64,000 nt of DNA, from NCBI GenBank assembly GCA_001775095.1, contig MFCA01000029.1, positions 55,975 through 119,974 of the forward strand, given 5' to 3'. Origin of the DNA: Candidatus Curtissbacteria bacterium RIFOXYA1_FULL_41_14. GTDB taxonomy: Bacteria > Patescibacteriota > Microgenomatia > Curtissbacterales > GWA2-41-24. The position numbers and the translations under genes were made by a program. Within the stretch, counting starts at the first letter, position 1. Each line of letters opens with the position of its first letter. The notes beneath the pieces were generated by a model. It saw nothing but the letters and a program-made list of their open reading frames with translations, was not told where the DNA came from and did no database searches. This document shows, piece after piece, positions 57,984 to 64,000 of the stretch.

Positions 57984-58801
57984 AGACAAAAAAGAAAGTT
58001 TCTGTCTCTGCCTTTTTCCCATGTTACAACGACGCTGGCACAATTGCTTCAATGGTTGAATTAGCAACTTTAACTCTTAAGAAAGTCGCAAATGATTTTG
58101 AAGTAATCGTTATCGATGACGGATCAAGTGACAATTCACGGGAAATTTTAAAGGAACTTTCGCAATCAAATCCTTATTTAAAACTAGTCTTCCACGAAAA
58201 GAATAAAGGTTATGGCGGAGCACTTCGCAGCGGCTTTAAAACAGCATCTAAAGATCTTATTTTTTACACGGATGGCGATGCCCAATATGATATTAGTGAA
58301 CTTCTCAATCTTTTGACTAAATTATCAGATAATGTTGATATAGTCCAAGGCTATAAGATAAAAAGGAGCGACCCGTGGTATCGAATAATCATTGGCGATC
58401 TTTACAATTTTGGAGTAAAATTGGCCTTTGCTATTAAAATAAGAGATGTTGATTGTGATTTTCGGCTGATTAGAAGAAGCGTTTTTGATAAGGTAAGGCT
58501 TGAACATAACAGCGGGGTAATAACTGTGGAGATGGTTAAGAAATTTCAGGATGCAGGATTTAAATTTGCTCAAGTACCGGTTAGTCATTATTTTAGAAGT
58601 TACGGAAAGTCGCAATTTTTTAATTTTAAACGGGTTGCCCATGTTGCAATCGAACTCTTGATTCTTTGGAGAGAATTAGTTTTGGCTAAATGGTTAAGAA
58701 TAAATACTTCAAAAATGACATCCTCTCCCACCACGAAGGAGTGGGGTTTTATCGGCCGAGTTCGGATGACGTTTTTTCATCTGTTTCATCCCCGAGAATG
58801 A
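57980..58801 (+). CDS. GT2 polyprenyl-phosphate glycosyltransferase, C-terminus extended by an insertion
   Basis: PCYND, DDGSSD, GYGGALRSGF, YTDGDAQYD, DVDCDF. Confidence 0.87.
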   Translation: MKTKKKVSVSAFFPCYNDAGTIASMVELATLTLKKVANDFEVIVIDDGSSDNSREILKELSQSNPYLKLVFHEKNKGYGGALRSGFKTASKDLIFYTDGDAQYDISELLNLLTKLSDNVDIVQGYKIKRSDPWYRIIIGDLYNFGVKLAFAIKIRDVDCDFRLIRRSVFDKVRLEHNSGVITVEMVKKFQDAGFKFAQVPVSHYFRSYGKSQFFNFKRVAHVAIELLILWRELVLAKWLRINTSKMTSSPTTKEWGFIGRVRMTFFHLFHPRE

Positions 58802-59793
58802 AGGCTCAAAGTTTTCACAGATTCAAAAATAAAAACGTCTTAATCACCGGCGGACTTGGTTTCATCGGTTCAAATTTAACAATTAGACTTGTAGAACTTG
58901 GTGCCAATGTTACAATTCTTGATACTCTAATCCCCGAATTTGGCGGGAATAAATTTAATATTCTCCCTGTAAAACATAAAGTAAAGGTGAAGATTGGCGA
59001 TATGAGAAATCCTGCGACTATCAAACGGGTAGTAATAGATAAAGACATTATTTTTAACCTTGCCGGAACTCTTTCTCATATCGATAGCATGAAAGATCCT
59101 TTTGTCGATCTTGATATTAATTGCCGCGCGCAACTTTGTCTTTTGGAAGCTTGTCGAAAATATAATAATAAAGTAAAGATAGTTTTTGCCGGCACCCGCA
59201 ATCAATATGGCAAGGCCATTTATTTGCCGGTTGATGAAAAACATATTCAAGAACCAACTGATATTAATGGCATCAATTCAATCGCAGCGGAAAAATATCA
59301 TCTTTTATATAACCGTATTTATGGAATCAAGGCAGTTTCAGTAAGAATGACCAACACCTACGGCCCAAGACATCAAATGGAACATTCAAAACAAGGTGTA
59401 TTAAATTGGTTTATTAGACTTTTGATGGATGGTAAAACAGTCCAACTTTACGGGGACGGCTCACAAATAAGGGATATCAATTATGTAGACGACGTAGTTA
59501 ATGCTCTTTTACTTTGCGCTAAATCCCAAAAAGCAAATGGTGAGATTTATAACCTGGGAGGCAAACCAATAACTTTAAAAGAATTCGTCGAAAAGACCAT
59601 TGAAATTTTAGGTATGGGAGAATACAAAATCATAAAATTTCCAGAGGAGAGAAAGTCGATCGAAATTGGAAATTACGTAGCTGATATCAAAAAAATCAAA
59701 GAAGAGTTAGGATGGCAGCCAAGAATAACACTTGAAGAAGGAATTAGAAAGACTATTGATTATTATAAGAAATACAAAAAATATTACTGGTAA
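58690..59793 (+). CDS. NAD-dependent epimerase/dehydratase (SDR) with a 38-aa N-terminal insertion
   Basis: VLITGGLGFIGS, NTYGPR, GDGSQIRD; alternative start at 58798. Confidence 0.85.
   Translation: MVKNKYFKNDILSHHEGVGFYRPSSDDVFSSVSSPRMKAQSFHRFKNKNVLITGGLGFIGSNLTIRLVELGANVTILDTLIPEFGGNKFNILPVKHKVKVKIGDMRNPATIKRVVIDKDIIFNLAGTLSHIDSMKDPFVDLDINCRAQLCLLEACRKYNNKVKIVFAGTRNQYGKAIYLPVDEKHIQEPTDINGINSIAAEKYHLLYNRIYGIKAVSVRMTNTYGPRHQMEHSKQGVLNWFIRLLMDGKTVQLYGDGSQIRDINYVDDVVNALLLCAKSQKANGEIYNLGGKPITLKEFVEKTIEILGMGEYKIIKFPEERKSIEIGNYVADIKKIKEELGWQPRITLEEGIRKTIDYYKKYKKYYW
58708..58830. mobile_element. 114-bp insertion flanked by 9-bp direct repeats TTCAAAAAT
   Basis: Repeats at 58708-58716 and 58822-58830; internal hairpins. 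Confidence 0.6.
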
Positions 59794-60887
59794 TGATTCC
59801 GCTTGTAGATCTAACGATTGATAAAAAATTACGCGACAAAATTACTAAAGAAATAACGCAAGTTGTCGATTCAAAAAAATATATTCTTGGCGCGAAACTT
59901 GAATCATTCGAAAAAAAGTTTGCCAAGTTTATTGGAGTAAAATATGCAATCGGAGTTGGAAACGGAACTGATGCACTCCGACTTTCACTCAGGGCACTTG
60001 GTATCGGTCGAGGCGATAAGGTACTAACCGTTTCTTTAACTTCTCCTTTTACAGCCATTGCGGTTGTTGAAGAAGGGGCTATTCCGGTTTTTTGCGATAT
60101 TGATGAGGCAACCTGGACGATTGATGTTGCGGATGCCAGAAAAAGGATTGATAGAAAAACAAGGGCCATTATTCCGGTACATTTATTCGGTAATCCATGC
60201 GATATGTCCCCGATTCTCAAATTCGCCAAAGAAAATCATTTAAAAGTAATTGAGGATGCTTGTCAGGCTCATGGGGCAAAATATCAGGGAAAAATGGTTG
60301 GATCTCTCGGTGCCGCTGCCGCCTTTAGTTTTTATCCGACTAAAAATCTTGGGGCTTTCGGAGACGCTGGAATAGTAACGACAAATAATTCCAAGCTTGC
60401 TAAAATGATTAAATGCTTGAGACACGGGGGTCAAACCAAACGATTTTGGCACTCATATATTGGTATAAATAGTCGGCTTGACGAAATACAAGCGGCAATT
60501 TTAGGGCAAAAACTCAAAGTTCTTGAAGTCGAAAATAAAAAAAGGGTAAAAATAGCTAAAAAATACAAAAGTAATCTTAGCCGTTTACCAATTGTTTTCC
60601 AAAAAAAATATGGGAGGGCTGAGCCCGTGTTTCATCTACTTGCAGCTAGAATCAGACTAAGGAATAAACTTATCAAGTTTCTTAAAAAAAACAATATTGC
60701 AGCAGACATCTATTACCCTCATGCCATAACTGAACAACCGGCATTTAGAAAATTTGTGTCTGACGAACTACCAGTTACCGAAATGCTTACAAAAGAGCTG
60801 ACAGCTCTACCTATTTATCCTAGATTAAGTTATCAAAATCTGGATTTTATAATTCGAAAGATTAAAGACTTTTTTAACGTTAAATGA
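59793..60887 (+). CDS. DegT/DnrJ/EryC1/StrS sugar aminotransferase
   Basis: NGTDAL, PVHLFG, IEDACQAHG, FSFYPTKNLG..GD.G, NSRLDEIQAA. Confidence 0.92.
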   Translation: MIPLVDLTIDKKLRDKITKEITQVVDSKKYILGAKLESFEKKFAKFIGVKYAIGVGNGTDALRLSLRALGIGRGDKVLTVSLTSPFTAIAVVEEGAIPVFCDIDEATWTIDVADARKRIDRKTRAIIPVHLFGNPCDMSPILKFAKENHLKVIEDACQAHGAKYQGKMVGSLGAAAAFSFYPTKNLGAFGDAGIVTTNNSKLAKMIKCLRHGGQTKRFWHSYIGINSRLDEIQAAILGQKLKVLEVENKKRVKIAKKYKSNLSRLPIVFQKKYGRAEPVFHLLAARIRLRNKLIKFLKKNNIAADIYYPHAITEQPAFRKFVSDELPVTEMLTKELTALPIYPRLSYQNLDFIIRKIKDFFNVK

Positions 60888-61666
60888 TCAATTGCTTTAA
60901 AGAACTCTATAAATTTAGGGAACTTTTAATTGCTTTAACAAAAAGAGAAATAAAGGTACGTTACAAACAAACGACTTTAGGTGCGGCTTGGGCAATCTTA
61001 CAGCCTTTCTCTCTGATGCTAATTTTTTCGTTGGTGTTTGGAGTATTTTTAGGGCTGGAATCGCAAGAACTCCCCTATCCGATTTTTTACTATTCTGCGC
61101 TATTAACCTGGTTATTTTTCTCCACAAGCATTTCTTTTGGCTCGCAGGCTGTAATTAACAATAGCAACTTGGTTAGTAAAATTTACTTCCCAAGAGAAGT
61201 TCTGCCTTTCGCTTCCGTGGGCGCAGCGATTTTGGATTTTGCTGTAGCAGGCCTTATTTTCATATTGATGATGCTTTTTTATAAATTACCTTTCTCACCT
61301 AACTTAATTTTTATACTGCCTATTTGCGCGATCTTAATATTTTTTACTTTAAGTGTAGTTCTTTTTACTTCAGCGCTTGTTGTTATTTGGAGGGATTTAA
61401 AATTCGTTGTGCCCTTAATAATTCAAATATGGATGTTTGCCTCCCCTATCATTTATCCCGTCAGCAAAGTTCCCCAAAACTTAAGATTCCTTTACATGTT
61501 AAACCCAATGGCGGTCATAATCGAAAACTTCAGAAGAGTAACGCTTTTTGCAAAACCTCCAGTTTTATCGGAGATTTTAATTGCTTTTTTCGTATCAATT
61601 ATACTTTTTTTTATAAGTTACAAGTTCTTTAAGATTAAGGAGAGGTCATTTGCGGATATTATTTAA
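60884..61666 (+). CDS. wzm: ABC-2 polysaccharide export permease
   Basis: REIKVRYKQT.LG..W, KIYFPRE, RDL, PIIYP, LNP, FADII. Confidence 0.92.
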   Translation: MINCFKELYKFRELLIALTKREIKVRYKQTTLGAAWAILQPFSLMLIFSLVFGVFLGLESQELPYPIFYYSALLTWLFFSTSISFGSQAVINNSNLVSKIYFPREVLPFASVGAAILDFAVAGLIFILMMLFYKLPFSPNLIFILPICAILIFFTLSVVLFTSALVVIWRDLKFVVPLIIQIWMFASPIIYPVSKVPQNLRFLYMLNPMAVIIENFRRVTLFAKPPVLSEILIAFFVSIILFFISYKFFKIKERSFADII

Positions 61667-61672
61667 AACACA

Positions 61673-62431
61673 ATGGATAGCTCACTGATCGAATTTAATA
61701 ACGTCTACAAATCCTACTCGATAAGCAGACTCAAATACAAAAGGTTTGCGGAAGATATAGGGCAAATTTTTCAAAGGGTGCTGACCAGAAAAAAAAGGAC
61801 TATTCAAAAAGAAAAATTTGTAGCGTTAAAGAACGTCAATTTTAAAGTCAAACAAGGCGAAAGTCTTGGCATAATCGGCAAAAATGGGGCAGGTAAAACG
61901 ACTATTTTGAAACTGATTTCCAGAGTTACCTATCCGGACTCCGGTGAAATAAAAGCGGACGGTAAAATCGGCGCATTCATCGAGCTTGGAGCCGGCCTTC
62001 ACCCGGAACTCTCGGGTCGGGAAAATATATATCTCTACGGTTCAATTTTAGGAATGAGAAAAAAAGAAATAGATGAGAAATTCGATGATATCGTCAAATT
62101 CTCCGAGCTCAGAAAGTTTTTAGATACTCCTATTAAACGTTACTCTTCCGGGATGTATGCCAGGCTTGGATTTTCAGTCGTGGCCTTTATGGATCCCGAT
62201 ATTCTCGTGATAGATGAAGTCCTGGCAGTGGGTGATAAAAGTTTTCAGGAAAGATGCCTTAGCAAGATGAATAAATTTGTGAAGGGAAACAAAACGATAA
62301 TCTTTGTCTCACATAATCTGGAAGCAGTAAAGAGTATTTGTGATCGGGGAATTCTTTTGGATCACGGAAAAATTATTAAAGATGGTAGAGTTTCTGAAGT
62401 TATAAATACCTACCTTGCTAATTATTCTTAA
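61673..62431 (+). CDS. wzt: ABC polysaccharide export ATPase (no C-terminal carbohydrate-binding domain)
   Basis: GKNGAGKTT, YSSGM.ARLGF, IDEVLAVGD, VSH. Confidence 0.93.
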   Translation: MDSSLIEFNNVYKSYSISRLKYKRFAEDIGQIFQRVLTRKKRTIQKEKFVALKNVNFKVKQGESLGIIGKNGAGKTTILKLISRVTYPDSGEIKADGKIGAFIELGAGLHPELSGRENIYLYGSILGMRKKEIDEKFDDIVKFSELRKFLDTPIKRYSSGMYARLGFSVVAFMDPDILVIDEVLAVGDKSFQERCLSKMNKFVKGNKTIIFVSHNLEAVKSICDRGILLDHGKIIKDGRVSEVINTYLANYS

Positions 62432-62463
62432 AAAAGAATAGAATAAAAATCGTTTTTGACCAA

Positions 62464-63459
62464 ATGAATTTAAAAGATCGAATATTATTGTTAACAGGCG
62501 GGACAGGATCGTTCGGACAAGCTTTTATTAAAAATCTTCTTAGCCAAAAAGATTTCAATGGCGTTATTAGGGTTTTTTCTAGAGATGAATTTAAGCAACA
62601 TGAAATCGAGGAAAGATATCAGAATGACAGAAGATTACGGTTTTTTATAGGCGATGTTAGAGATATCAATCGTCTAAAAAGAGCAATGGATGGTGTTGAT
62701 TATGTTATTCATGCAGCCGCTTTAAAACAAATACCAATTCTTGAGTACAATCCATTTGAAGCGGTTAAAACAAATATCCTAGGAACACAAAATGTCATTG
62801 ATTGTGCGATTGATTTTGGGATTAAAAAGTCACTTTTAATTTCCTCCGACAAAGCATGCGTACCTGTCAACTTATACGGTGCAACAAAAATGGTAGCTGA
62901 AAAAATATTTGTTCAGGGTAATTCTTATGTCGGAGGCCGTAAGGTCAAGCTATCAGTAGTTCGTTACGGAAATGTGGTGGCCTCGCGGGGAAGTATTGTG
63001 CCAAAATTTTTAGAGCAGGCAAAAAATAACGAGTTAACAATCACTGATGATAGAATGACTAGATTCTGGATCACACTGGACCAGGGAGTAAAATTTGTTC
63101 TTAAAGCTTTAGAAAAAATGGAGGGAGGAGAAATTTTTGTTCCTAAATTACCAAGTATTAAAATTATAGATTTAGCTAAAACAATTGCCCCAAATGCGAA
63201 AATCAAAATTGTTGGGATTAGGCCTGGTGAAAAATTTCATGAGGTGTTAATTGGTGAAGATGAAGCCAGGCATACTCGAGATGTCGGATCTTACTTTGTG
63301 GTTGAGCCGGAATTTAATTGGTGGGGAGCACAAGTTAAGAACAGGAGAGGCACGAGATTGAAAGCCGGGTTTTCTTACAAGAGTAATAACAATAGTCAAT
63401 GGTTGACAAGCTCTTATATTAACAAGCTCCTTAGACAATTAACTGAAAATAATGTCTAA
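62464..63459 (+). CDS. pseB: UDP-N-acetylglucosamine 4,6-dehydratase (inverting)
   Basis: TGGTGSFG, SRDEFKQ, HAAALKQ, YNPFE..KTN, DKA..PVNLYGATK, RYGNV..SRGS, MTRFWI, GIRPGEK. Confidence 0.88.
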   Translation: MNLKDRILLLTGGTGSFGQAFIKNLLSQKDFNGVIRVFSRDEFKQHEIEERYQNDRRLRFFIGDVRDINRLKRAMDGVDYVIHAAALKQIPILEYNPFEAVKTNILGTQNVIDCAIDFGIKKSLLISSDKACVPVNLYGATKMVAEKIFVQGNSYVGGRKVKLSVVRYGNVVASRGSIVPKFLEQAKNNELTITDDRMTRFWITLDQGVKFVLKALEKMEGGEIFVPKLPSIKIIDLAKTIAPNAKIKIVGIRPGEKFHEVLIGEDEARHTRDVGSYFVVEPEFNWWGAQVKNRRGTRLKAGFSYKSNNNSQWLTSSYINKLLRQLTENNV

Positions 63460-64000
63460 AATTATTCCCTACGGTCATCAATCAATTGACGAAAGTGATA
63501 TCCAAGTCGTTATTAAAGTTTTAAAAGCAGATAGAATTACTCAGGGACCGGAAATTGATAAATTCGAAAATGCTTTAGCGAAATTTGTTGGCGCAAAATA
63601 TGCAGTTGCCACCTCAAGCGGAACTGCGGCACTCCATGCCGCTTGTATTGCCTGTGGAATTACACAGGGTGATGAGGTAATTGTGCCGACGTTATCGTTC
63701 ATCGCATCTGCAAATTGCGTTTTATACTGTGGAGGCAAACCGGTTCTAGTTGACATCTACCCTGATACTTTGACAATTAATGTTGAAGAAGTTGAACGAA
63801 AAATTACTAAAAAAACAAAAGCTATTATTGCTGTTGATTTTGCCGGTCATCCGGCTCACTGGGATAAATTAAAAAAACTGGCAAGTAAATACAGATTGAC
63901 ATTAATTGACGATGCGTCTCATGCTATAGGGAGTAAGTACAAAAATAAGCCTATCGGGTCAATAGCCGACTTGACCACATTTTCCTTCCATCCTGTTAAA
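63452..64000 (+). CDS. pseC: PseC-like UDP-4-amino-4,6-dideoxy-hexNAc transaminase (truncated by the window end)
   Basis: Hand translation from ATG 63452: MSKIIPYGHQSID...ITQGP...SSGTAALH...FSFHPVK; directly follows pseB. Confidence 0.85.
   Translation, partial: MSKIIPYGHQSIDESDIQVVIKVLKADRITQGPEIDKFENALAKFVGAKYAVATSSGTAALHAACIACGITQGDEVIVPTLSFIASANCVLYCGGKPVLVDIYPDTLTINVEEVERKITKKTKAIIAVDFAGHPAHWDKLKKLASKYRLTLIDDASHAIGSKYKNKPIGSIADLTTFSFHPVK

Noticed and set aside
788-63756. Numerous 60-160 aa ORFs antisense to or nested in long genes (e.g. 59753-60229, 50188-50505, 26384-26713)
   Set aside because: Shadow ORFs of well-supported genes with no recognisable motifs.
1-64000. Autonomous mobile element, DGR/retron or four-helix-bundle gene that would explain the repeats
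   Set aside because: No transposase, integrase, reverse transcriptase or Avd-like ORF was recognised; any driver must be encoded elsewhere.

Overview
AT-rich bacterial DNA whose gene set and proteins look like a CPR/Patescibacteria (Microgenomates-like) genome; this assignment is inferred. A short housekeeping block (hypothetical, purF, glyQS, exported protein, recO) is followed by a glycan locus of at least 58 kb that runs off the right end. The locus holds DUF4012, an initiating phosphoglycosyl transferase, manC, about 13 soluble GT2/GT4 enzymes, about 12 polytopic GT-C-like membrane proteins, an O-antigen-ligase-like protein, a Wzx flippase, Wzm/Wzt, 4 SAM methyltransferases, 2 acetyltransferases, nucleotide-sugar enzymes and pseB/pseC. 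Two non-glycan cassettes sit inside it: a tandem-AcpS protein plus PHP phosphoesterase, and a DUF4956-CotH-metallophosphoesterase-VTC operon. The most striking non-genic signal is a dense layer of small repeat DNA: 7- and 9-nt-period arrays arranged as inverted arms, several REP-like palindrome families and IS200/IS605-end-like hairpins. These nest inside one another and are repeatedly inserted in frame into genes such as glyQS and several glycosyltransferases. Several transcription units appear leaderless (-10 box 6-8 nt before ATG). No rRNA, tRNA, CRISPR array, transposase or reverse transcriptase was seen. All calls are motif recognition by eye; no database searches were run.
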